18,425 nt of DNA. It comes from a virus. Below are positions 1-6,616 of the stretch, one piece after another (the first letter of the stretch is position 1; every line of letters begins with the position of its first letter). A program made the position numbers and the translations under genes. The stretch lies in the IMG/VR virus record IMGVR_UViG_3300045163_000016; one strand, 5' to 3'. Under the pieces are notes generated by a model. That model was not told where the DNA came from. It searched no databases and worked only from the letters and a program-made list of their open reading frames with translations.

Positions 1-127
1 GGATCGCGGCCGAGAGCACCGACTCGGGCACGGACGCGGCGCCCACCTTGTCGGAGACGAGCTGCGCGGCGCGCGCCTTGCTGTCATCGACGAAGGGGGC
101 ATCGCGCTCGCTCGCTCGCACGTACCC
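1..127. repeat. Left copy of the 127-bp terminal direct repeat (circular-closure overlap)
   Basis: Base-for-base identical to 18299-18425 (offset 18,298) by direct comparison. Confidence 0.95.
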
Positions 128-184
128 TGCGAGGTCCACGTCGGGCATCCCGACGGGGTAGTCGGTGCTCTCGGTCTCGGTCAT
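1..184 (-). CDS. Head-to-tail connector/adaptor (gp6-like), N-terminal part; the gene continues at 18298->18138 across the circular junction (114 aa in total)
   Basis: ATG at 184-182 lies 5 nt after the capsid stop. It reads MTETESTDYPVGMPDVDLAGYV and runs in frame into the 18138..18419 ORF once the 127-bp overlap is collapsed. Its position directly after the major capsid gene and the motif AAILEVGANLYQRR are typical of gp6-like connectors. Confidence 0.6.
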   Translation of the reverse strand, partial: MTETESTDYPVGMPDVDLAGYVRASERDAPFVDDSKARAAQLVSDKVGAASVPESVLSAAI

Positions 185-189
185 CTGGA

Positions 190-1794
190 TCAGCCCTCGC
201 CGCCGCCGGCGGCAGCGGTGGTGACCGGCACGATCGCGGTCGGGAACGGGACGATCACGGCCTGGTAGCCGTACAGCGAGAACTGCTTGGTCAGGTTGAT
301 GATGTTCTCGTCCTGCAGCTGCAGCGGGGCGTTCGCGTTCTTCAGCGTCTTGAGCGCCGAGGAGTCGTAGAACGCCGCGGTGCCGGCGGGGGCCTCGCCG
401 TACAGGCACTTCACGTTGATGGACGCGAGGTTGCCGTTGCCCTCGGGGAGGGACAGCGTGCCGGAGAACTCGTCACCGGCCTGGACCTTGAGCGCGGGCA
501 CCTCGTTGTAGGTGAGGCGCTGCAGGGCCTTGAACTGGTCGGTGGAGACGACCAGGCCCTCGAGGCTGAACCCGTTGTCGGCGTAGCGCTGGCCGGCGTC
601 CACGATCACGTCGCGCCAGTCCCAGACGGTCGCGGCGGCCGGCAGCTCGATGCCGTTCGCGGCCTGGCCGTCGATGACCTCGAGGATGCGCTCCCGGAAG
701 TCGGCGTTGGTCGCCTTGATGTAGGCGAGCGCGAGGGCCTTCATCACGGTGTCGAGGTACGGGATCTCGCTGCGCTCGATGACCTGGCGGGTCAGCTCGG
801 TCCAGCCGCCGAACGTCTCGATCGGCTCGCTCTTGGACACGAGCTTGACCTTGCCGGGGCCGGGGAGGTCCTCGCCCTCGCCGGGCTGCTTGCCGGCCAC
901 CAGGGTGTTCTCGGTGAGCTGCGCGTAGTCGGCGTTCATGCCGGTCGAGGGAAGCGCGCCGGTCTCGAACGTGTTGATGAGCTGCCGGCGGTCCTCGACC
1001 CACTTGATGAACGTGCCGAGGAACGACTCGTTCTTGATCGAGCCCTCGGTGGTCTGGCCGGCGGTGGCGCGGTGGAACTCGAGCGCGGCCTCGTCGCCCG
1101 ACGCGACCTTCTTGAGGTAGTCGCCGATGGAGCGGAACTGCGGCTCGACCGGGGCGGTGCGGGCCAGGGTGGTGTCGATGCCGGCGATCTGGCGCTCGAG
1201 GTCCTGCATGGACTCCTCGAGCGGGCCGAGGTCGGCGCGGGTCAGGGTGGTGTCGGACATGGCGGGGTCTCCCTCGGTGGTGCGGTCAGTGGGGGCGGTG
1301 CGGTGGCGGACCTTGGTCACGGTCGCCGAGCTGTAGGCGGGGAAGGGCACGAGCGAGAACTCGCTCGCGCGGACCTTGGTGTGGACGACGGTCTCGGTGC
1401 CGTCGTCGGCGACCTCGATCCGGTACTCCTCGGGCCGAAACCCGATCGACAGGCGGCTGATCACGCCGTCGCGGAGCAGGGTCGCGGCCTCGCGGCCACG
1501 CTCGGTGTCGGAGAGCGTGCCCTCGACCTCGTACCCGGCGTCGGTGTCGCGGCCGGCGGTGATCTTCCCGATCGGCTCGTCGTGGCGCCACAGCACGAGG
1601 GACGGCACGCCGTCGGGGTCGCGCTCGACGGAGCCGGGCTCGAACCGCTCGCGGATGCCCCAGAGGTCGATCGTCTCGCCGTAGGGCACGCCGATGCCGG
1701 TGAACGAACGGCCGGCGTCGTCCTGCGCGCGGATCTGCACGTCCAGCTGCCGGTCGCTGGTGATGGTGTCTCGGGTGAGCGTCGTCTCGGTCAT
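190..1794 (-). CDS. Fused prohead (HK97 family, S78-type) protease - major capsid protein, 534 aa
   Basis: The N-terminal ~165 aa carry prohead-protease motifs (LVLWRHDEPIGK, RLSIGF, EFSLVPFPAY). The C-terminal ~355 aa resemble an HK97-fold MCP with a coiled-coil delta-like leader (LEESMQDLERQIAGID; TFGGWTELTRQVIERS). No stop codon separates the two parts. The start forms an ATGA overlap with the portal stop. Confidence 0.8.
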   Translation of the reverse strand: MTETTLTRDTITSDRQLDVQIRAQDDAGRSFTGIGVPYGETIDLWGIRERFEPGSVERDPDGVPSLVLWRHDEPIGKITAGRDTDAGYEVEGTLSDTERGREAATLLRDGVISRLSIGFRPEEYRIEVADDGTETVVHTKVRASEFSLVPFPAYSSATVTKVRHRTAPTDRTTEGDPAMSDTTLTRADLGPLEESMQDLERQIAGIDTTLARTAPVEPQFRSIGDYLKKVASGDEAALEFHRATAGQTTEGSIKNESFLGTFIKWVEDRRQLINTFETGALPSTGMNADYAQLTENTLVAGKQPGEGEDLPGPGKVKLVSKSEPIETFGGWTELTRQVIERSEIPYLDTVMKALALAYIKATNADFRERILEVIDGQAANGIELPAAATVWDWRDVIVDAGQRYADNGFSLEGLVVSTDQFKALQRLTYNEVPALKVQAGDEFSGTLSLPEGNGNLASINVKCLYGEAPAGTAAFYDSSALKTLKNANAPLQLQDENIINLTKQFSLYGYQAVIVPFPTAIVPVTTAAAGGGEG

Positions 1795-3017
1795 GCCGGC
1801 AGCTCCTCGGTCGTGGGGGCGTTGGTGGTGGTCTGCTGCTCGACCTCGACGCGCTGCGCGTCGGTGAGCGGGGGGAGGTTCTCAATCGCTCGGACCTCGT
1901 CGCGGGTGAGGAACCCGGCGCGGAGCGCGACCTCGTGCGCGTTGTAGCGCGAGGTCGTGTCGGAGCGGAGCAGCGCGTCGAGGTTGAACCGGACGGTCTG
2001 GCCGCGCGGGGTCAGCTGCGTGAGGGCGTCCTCGATCTTGCGCAGGTAGGCCATGAGGCCGAAGCGGACGAACCCCAGCCACTCCTGCTCCACGTTGGAG
2101 TAGGTCATAGAGTTGCCGTCGATCGCGGTCATCATCAGCGAGGACGGCACGCCGAAGATCCTGGCGATCTCGAGCGTGTCGAACTGCTGCGCCTCGATCC
2201 ACAGCGCGTCCTTCGGGCTGATCATCAGCGGCTCGTAGTGCAGGCCCTTGCCGAGCACACGGATGCGGGAGGGGTTGTCGATCTGCTCGATCGGCTGGCC
2301 CTCGGCATCGAGGTAGTTCCACGAGCGGCGGTAGATCGCGGCCTCGTCGGGTGTGAGCTTGTCGTCGGTCGAGAGGATGCCGGAGGGGTGGCCGGTCTCC
2401 CACCAGTGCGAGCTGTACTCGCGCATGTCGCGGGCCGAGCGCATGGTGGTCTGCGCGGCGCCGATCGGGCCGATGCCCTTCACGGCCCCGGGCATGGTCA
2501 GGTAGCGGGTCTGCACGATCCGGCCGACGTTGCCGGCGCGGCCGGCGGGGTACTCCTTGCCGTCGTAGGTGAAGATCAGCCGCTTGTGCTCGTCGCGCCA
2601 CGCGGTGACGGAGTACGGGTCGAGGGGATGCAGCTCGTTCGTCTCGGTGGGGAGGTCGCCGCCCTCGCGCCAGATGTACGCGTTGCCGGTCGTGGCCATG
2701 GACAGGGCGAGCTGCTCGAGGAACTCGGAGCGGGACATGTCGAGGTTCGGCCGACGGATGTAGGCGGGGACCTCGGAGCCCTCGAGCACCTGGCGGGCGG
2801 GGCCGGTGCCGCGCTCGACGGACAGGCCGAGCTGGCCGACGCTGGTGCCGATGATCTGCAGGGCGCGGTGCACGGCGGGCAGGTGCGCGGCCTCGCCGAT
2901 GAGGACCGGCGCGGACGCGTCGCGCGGGGGCGGGATGATCCCGCTCGCGACGTTGACCGCCTGCCGGCGGGCGACGCCGCCGAGCAGCGCGTCAGCGGCG
3001 CGGGTGAAGATCGACAT
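1791..3017 (-). CDS. Portal protein (HK97-family), 408 aa
   Basis: Size, position between TerL and the protease, and portal-like sequence (GNAYIWRE, ARIFGVPSSLM). Confidence 0.85.
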   Translation of the reverse strand: MSIFTRAADALLGGVARRQAVNVASGIIPPPRDASAPVLIGEAAHLPAVHRALQIIGTSVGQLGLSVERGTGPARQVLEGSEVPAYIRRPNLDMSRSEFLEQLALSMATTGNAYIWREGGDLPTETNELHPLDPYSVTAWRDEHKRLIFTYDGKEYPAGRAGNVGRIVQTRYLTMPGAVKGIGPIGAAQTTMRSARDMREYSSHWWETGHPSGILSTDDKLTPDEAAIYRRSWNYLDAEGQPIEQIDNPSRIRVLGKGLHYEPLMISPKDALWIEAQQFDTLEIARIFGVPSSLMMTAIDGNSMTYSNVEQEWLGFVRFGLMAYLRKIEDALTQLTPRGQTVRFNLDALLRSDTTSRYNAHEVALRAGFLTRDEVRAIENLPPLTDAQRVEVEQQTTTNAPTTEELPA

Positions 3018-3093
3018 GCCGGGAGCATGCGACTCGCCTCGGCGCGGGTCCTAGCTTTCGCGACCCCGCCGGGACGCGAGGGGACACGCGGGG

Positions 3094-4578
3094 CTAGAAC
3101 AGCTGGATCCCGACGTGCTCCTCGCGGTGCTCGGCGTGCCACAGCGCCACGCTGCCGGCGATGAGCGACGGGACGGGGCCGAGGCTCTTATCGCGGTCGA
3201 TCCGCTCGACGCCGTTGTTCGTGCGGAGCTGCGCGGCGGCGACGGCCTGCTCGAGCACGCGGGACCCGTCGTGCTTGAGCGTCCGCTCGTCCCGGGCGGC
3301 GGCGAGCAGGTCGAGGTCGGCGGTCGAGCGGTCGGGCAGGGACAGGCGACGCACCGGCAGCTCGGCGTCGTCAGCCTCGGTGCCATGGGGGTGCAGGTCG
3401 TCGGTGATCCGGCGGACGGGGCCGGCGTCGTCGGCGGCGATCTCGGTCACGCCGTAGTCGTCGCGGAGCCGCCGGAGGTAGGGGAGCAGCCACGACGTGC
3501 CGGGGGCCTGGTGCAGCACGCGGAGCACGGGCGATCCGTCGTCGTCCCACCAGCCCGCGACGACGGCGGCGCACGCGTTGCCGGGGGCGACCTCGACGCC
3601 GATCCCGACCTCGGAGAGCTCGGGCACGCGCTGGCCGAGGCGGTCGTCGGCGAGGGACGCCCACGAGGCGGCGTCGATGATCGAGTCCGTCACGGTCGTG
3701 ATCTGGTTCATGTAGGCGCGGATGCGCTCGGAGTGCGACACGCCCTCGGCGTACATCTCGGCGGCGAGGTCGTCCTCGCTGATGGTGTTGCCGAGCGCGG
3801 GGTGGAACGCGCGCCAGGTCTCGGGGTCGTCGGGGTCGAGGCCGGCGGGCATCTCCCAGGAGAAGTACGCGAGCGTCGGGTCGGTGCCGTTCTCGCCCGC
3901 GTCGATGTAGCGGTTCATGAACGTGCTCGCCGCGGTGCCCTTGGTCGAGACCATCCACACCTGCGCGAGCGCACCGAGGGTGATCATCGCGGGCCGCGCG
4001 CCGCCGAGCAGCATGTCGCCGAGCTCCTCGGAGTAGCGCCAGATCTCATCGAAGTCCACGAGGTGCGGAGTCTCGCCGTGCAGCGCGCCGGTCACCGGCG
4101 AGAACCGGACGCACCGGCTGTTCGTGCCGTGCACCTTGAGGCCCTCGGCACCGTTGGAGCGCAGGGGCTTGAACAGCGACGCGATGGGCGAGACCTCGAC
4201 CTGCTCGATCATCTTGAGGATGCGGTCGCGCGCGGCCTTCCCGGTCTGCGCCGTCGAGAACGCGTCGATGCCGGGGCGGGTCATGATCCGGTGCACGCGG
4301 ACCGGCGTCATGAGCGTGGTCTTGCCCGACTGCCTCGGCACGGTCACGACCACGGTCCGGTACTTGTAGCGGCGCCGCCCGTGCTCGTCGAGTCGGTACT
4401 CGGTCGCGATGTCCACGACGTGCCGCTGCCACGGCATTAGCTCGATGCCGAGCAGCCGCGCGACCCTCGCGATCTCCCCGCCCTCGGACTGCCACGACGG
4501 GTCACGGACGGGCGAGAACGCGGGAGCGGGCGCGTGCTCGAACTTCTGCAGCGGCGCGGAGACCGCCGGCGCGCTCAT
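3094..4578 (-). CDS. terL: Terminase large subunit, 494 aa
   Basis: Walker A-like VPRQSGKTT near the N-terminus. Size and position upstream of the portal fit. The start forms an ATGA overlap with the upstream ORF. Confidence 0.9.
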   Translation of the reverse strand: MSAPAVSAPLQKFEHAPAPAFSPVRDPSWQSEGGEIARVARLLGIELMPWQRHVVDIATEYRLDEHGRRRYKYRTVVVTVPRQSGKTTLMTPVRVHRIMTRPGIDAFSTAQTGKAARDRILKMIEQVEVSPIASLFKPLRSNGAEGLKVHGTNSRCVRFSPVTGALHGETPHLVDFDEIWRYSEELGDMLLGGARPAMITLGALAQVWMVSTKGTAASTFMNRYIDAGENGTDPTLAYFSWEMPAGLDPDDPETWRAFHPALGNTISEDDLAAEMYAEGVSHSERIRAYMNQITTVTDSIIDAASWASLADDRLGQRVPELSEVGIGVEVAPGNACAAVVAGWWDDDGSPVLRVLHQAPGTSWLLPYLRRLRDDYGVTEIAADDAGPVRRITDDLHPHGTEADDAELPVRRLSLPDRSTADLDLLAAARDERTLKHDGSRVLEQAVAAAQLRTNNGVERIDRDKSLGPVPSLIAGSVALWHAEHREEHVGIQLF

Positions 4579-4898
4579 CCCGCGTCGCCCTCGAGGATCG
4601 CCTCGAGCGCACGGTCGAGGTCCGTGCTCGACACGGCCCGCTCGGGCTGCGGCAGGTCGAACAGCAGCCGGTGCAGCACGTCATGGATCTGCGCACGCCC
4701 CGACGGGCGACCGATCCCGACCGTCGCGTCCACCTCGGCGGCGAGGGTGAGCGCCTGCGCGATCTGGCCGGCGTAGAGCTCCTCGTCCATGATGCCGGCG
4801 GCGATCTTGCGGTCCAGCTCGGCGCGGACGGCCGTTGCGATCGGCCCATCGGCGCGGGGCGCGGGCCGATCCCACAGCGATCCCTGCTCGTTCGTCAT
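4575..4898 (-). CDS. terS: Putative terminase small subunit, 107 aa
   Basis: Lies immediately upstream of terL and is translationally coupled to it. Small, helical and Ala/Leu-rich, like the short TerS proteins of actinophages. The call rests on position and composition only. Confidence 0.5.
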   Translation of the reverse strand: MTNEQGSLWDRPAPRADGPIATAVRAELDRKIAAGIMDEELYAGQIAQALTLAAEVDATVGIGRPSGRAQIHDVLHRLLFDLPQPERAVSSTDLDRALEAILEGDAG

Positions 4899-5134
4899 GA
4901 TCCGGTCCTTCCCGGCCCAATCGGGCCTGACCTGCGGTTTTTCTGGGCTGATCGGGGGGGATTTCCAAGGTTGGCGCGGGTTGGAAGCGGCCCCCCGCTC
5001 AGAAGAACGGCCGAGCCGAGGGCGCGGTCGCTCGGCGGCGCGGCGGCGAGGGCGTCGAGGTGCTCGGCGGTCGTCACCTCGCCGTCGTCGGGCTCATCGC
5101 TCGCGTCGAGAGCTCGCGAAGTAGTTGAGTCCAT
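4895..5134 (-). CDS. Possible small acidic/basic protein (79 aa) overlapping the HNH 3' end; doubtful
   Basis: ATG at 5134 is preceded by AAGGAGAG 8 nt upstream, and the stop forms an ATGA overlap with the TerS start. GC3 is high in the first ~45 codons but drops in the last ~30, which coincide with hairpin/cos-like sequence. Confidence 0.3.
   Translation of the reverse strand: MDSTTSRALDASDEPDDGEVTTAEHLDALAAAPPSDRALGSAVLLSGGPLPTRANLGNPPRSAQKNRRSGPIGPGRTGS
4899..5093. other. Candidate cos / packaging-initiation region between HNH and TerS
   Basis: In HNH-dependent cos phages the HNH gene is the last gene and terS the first, so cos falls between them. The region is locally atypical: GGTTTTTC, a G7 run (4953-4959), a C6 run (4991-4996), and a nested inverted repeat CGGGGGG..TTCCAA-12 nt-TTGGAA..CCCCCCG. 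Confidence 0.3.
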
Positions 5135-5384
5135 TGTGGATCTCTCCTTCTGGTCCATCAGCATCACGATCTTGGAGCTGGTAGTTGCAGCTCTTGTGTG
5201 CTGGTCGTTCGTTCGCTGCTGTCCGCTGTCCGCCTCGCTTGCGTGAGGTCACGTGCTGCAGCGACTCCTGCCCTGGTGCGATGCCGAGCCCACAGATGCA
5301 GCACACCCAGCCGTGCACGGCGAGGGCCTGGTCGAGCAGGGCCCGGCGCTGGTCCCCCGACAGGCGGGTGTAGTCATCGGCCAC
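5094..5384 (-). CDS. HNH endonuclease (packaging-associated), 96 aa from GTG 5384; the longest ORF extends to 5459
   Basis: HNH signature: CCICG...SLQHVTSRKRGG...N...PAHKSCN. GTG at 5384 has GAGGGGG 5 nt upstream. The longer start would overlap the upstream HTH gene by 86 nt. Confidence 0.75.
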   Translation of the reverse strand: MADDYTRLSGDQRRALLDQALAVHGWVCCICGLGIAPGQESLQHVTSRKRGGQRTAANERPAHKSCNYQLQDRDADGPEGEIHNGLNYFASSRRER

Positions 5385-5640
5385 GGGTACCCCCTCGAGC
5401 AGGGGTGCCCCCCTCCCTCGCGGGGGTGCCCCGCTTGCGTGAGGGGGTGCCCTGCTCACGGGCCAGCATCCACGCCTGCACGCGGGCGGGGTGGTAGCGG
5501 ACAGTGCGACCGAACAGCAGGTGCGGCGGGCCGTCGCCCGACACGCGCCAGCGCTTGATCGTGCGGTCCGTGACGCCGAGCAGCTCGGCCAGCTCCTCGG
5601 TCGTCATCAGGCGGGCGGGCCTGCTCGGCGTCGCGGTCAT
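5374..5640 (-). CDS. Excisionase-family (MerR-like, HTH_17-type) DNA-binding protein, 88 aa, with a basic repetitive C-terminal tail
   Basis: MTTEELAELLGVTDRTIKRWRVSGDGPP..GRTVRYHPARVQAW matches the excisionase-type winged HTH pattern. The start forms an ATGA overlap with the upstream stop. The tail GTPSRKRGTPAREGGTPARGG is encoded by the 21-bp repeats. Confidence 0.7.
   Translation of the reverse strand: MTATPSRPARLMTTEELAELLGVTDRTIKRWRVSGDGPPHLLFGRTVRYHPARVQAWMLAREQGTPSRKRGTPAREGGTPARGGTRGR
5385..5452. repeat. Three GGGGTGCCC direct repeats phased at exactly 21 bp (5402, 5423, 5444) plus a degenerate palindromic copy GGGTACCC (5385)
   Basis: Read directly from the sequence. They lie at the HTH-gene 3' end / HNH 5' end. 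Confidence 0.8.
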
Positions 5641-5882
5641 CGGGTGGTCTCCTGGTCGGGGTCGATCTTGCGGGCGGCGATGGTGAGCAGGTCGGCGGCG
5701 TCGCGGACGAGCCGGAGGGTGTCGAGGGTGATCGGTGCGCCGAGCAGCGCGTCGGCGCGGAGCTCGTCGCGGGTGACCTCGAGCGTGCCGGCGAGGCTGT
5801 GGAGCTCGTCGCGGTGCTGCCGGAGGTGCTCGCGGGACTCGGGTGCGAGGGGCATCGCGGCGCCCTCGGTGCGGGCGGTCAC
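5637..5882 (-). CDS. Hypothetical protein, 81 aa
   Basis: High GC3. GTGA overlap with the upstream micro-ORF and ATGA overlap with the downstream gene. An alternative ATG is 9 codons in. Confidence 0.55.
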   Translation of the reverse strand: MTARTEGAAMPLAPESREHLRQHRDELHSLAGTLEVTRDELRADALLGAPITLDTLRLVRDAADLLTIAARKIDPDQETTR

Positions 5883-5959
5883 AGCGCGACCGCCAGGGCG
5901 AGCAGGCCGAGCAGCGTCAGCAGCGACAGGGCCACGAGGTCGAGGGGCCGGCGGTTCAT
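5879..5959 (-). CDS. Micro-ORF: 26-aa single-TM peptide (MNRRPLDLVALSLLTLLGLLALAVAL)
   Basis: Not in the ORF track because it is too short. ATGA overlap with the upstream stop (5956) and GTGA overlap with the downstream start (5882). All codons are GC3-rich, with a basic N-terminus followed by a hydrophobic helix. Confidence 0.5.
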   Translation of the reverse strand: MNRRPLDLVALSLLTLLGLLALAVAL

Positions 5960-6417
5960 CGCTGCTGCCCGTCGATGATCCACGCGGCGACCTTGACGGC
6001 GAGTAGGGAGCCAGCGTGCGGGAACAGCTTGTGCGCGAGCTCGAGCGCCCACGCGCGGTCGAGCTGCGCCCGCTCGGTCGGGTCGTCGCGGTCGCGGTGC
6101 TCGTCCACGTCCTCGGGGCTGTCGGCCTCGGGCACCTCGCGGTCGATGAGTGCTGCGGTCACGCCGCCCTCGGCGTAGTCGGGCCGGAGGGTGTCTGCCA
6201 CGAAGTCGGGCGCGGTCTCGCGGAGGTAGGCGCGCATCGCGTCGGGGTCGCTGCGGTCGATCATGGCGAGCAGCTCGGCGGTAGGGATCGACACGGGGCC
6301 GGTCCGGTGTCCATCGCGCTGGGCGACGGTGTGGAGGATCGTGCTGTTGGCGAAGGCGGTGAGTCGGAGGGCGGTCCCGGCGGCGTTGTCGGCGTAGGCC
6401 TGAGTCTCATCATTCAT
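5956..6417 (-). CDS. Hypothetical acidic early protein, 153 aa
   Basis: ATG at 6417 has AGGAGA 7 nt upstream. The start overlaps the upstream zinc-ribbon gene by 8 nt (ATGAATGA). The 321-aa version in the ORF track is rejected (see noticed_but_rejected). Confidence 0.65.
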   Translation of the reverse strand: MNDETQAYADNAAGTALRLTAFANSTILHTVAQRDGHRTGPVSIPTAELLAMIDRSDPDAMRAYLRETAPDFVADTLRPDYAEGGVTAALIDREVPEADSPEDVDEHRDRDDPTERAQLDRAWALELAHKLFPHAGSLLAVKVAAWIIDGQQR

Positions 6418-6616
6418 CGGGTGTCTCCTGGTGCTGGTGGTGGAGTAGGGCGCGGATCTCGGCGAGAGCGGCCTCGCGGGCGAGGGCGATGCGACCGCCC
6501 TGGTCGAACAGCGAGCAGCGGGGGTTGCAGCAGATCGCGTCGCGGTTCTGTCGTCGTCCACAGGCAGGGCAGGCGGTGAGCGGTGCGGCGCTGGTGATGC
6601 GGGTCTGATGCGGCAT
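6410..6616 (-). CDS. Small zinc-ribbon-like protein, 68 aa (CPAC...CCNPRC)
   Basis: ATG at 6616 has AGGAGG 7 nt upstream. High GC3. Two Cys pairs have zinc-ribbon spacing. Confidence 0.65.
   Translation of the reverse strand: MPHQTRITSAAPLTACPACGRRQNRDAICCNPRCSLFDQGGRIALAREAALAEIRALLHHQHQETPDE

Noticed and set aside
1-127. A biological direct terminal repeat of the virion DNA.
   Set aside because: The length equals a standard maximal assembler k-mer. The repeat cuts through the middle of the connector gene. The HNH/terS arrangement predicts cos ends elsewhere. This cannot be excluded without read-level data.
3018-3093. The TerL-portal 76-bp gap as a regulatory element (weak CGCGACCC..GGGACGCG inverted repeat).
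   Set aside because: The stem is interrupted by an A-A mismatch, no U tract follows, and no repeats are present. It is most likely a plain spacer.
4952-4997. The G7/C6 nested hairpin as an intrinsic terminator.
   Set aside because: No U tract follows it on either strand (the minus strand continues GAUCAGCCCAGAAAAACC). Terminating here would uncouple terS and all structural genes from the only obvious promoter.
5385-5452. A mini CRISPR-like array (short repeats with regular spacing).
   Set aside because: The repeats are only 9 bp, the spacers 12 bp, and there are only 3-4 copies. The array is embedded in coding sequence and has no leader or cas genes.
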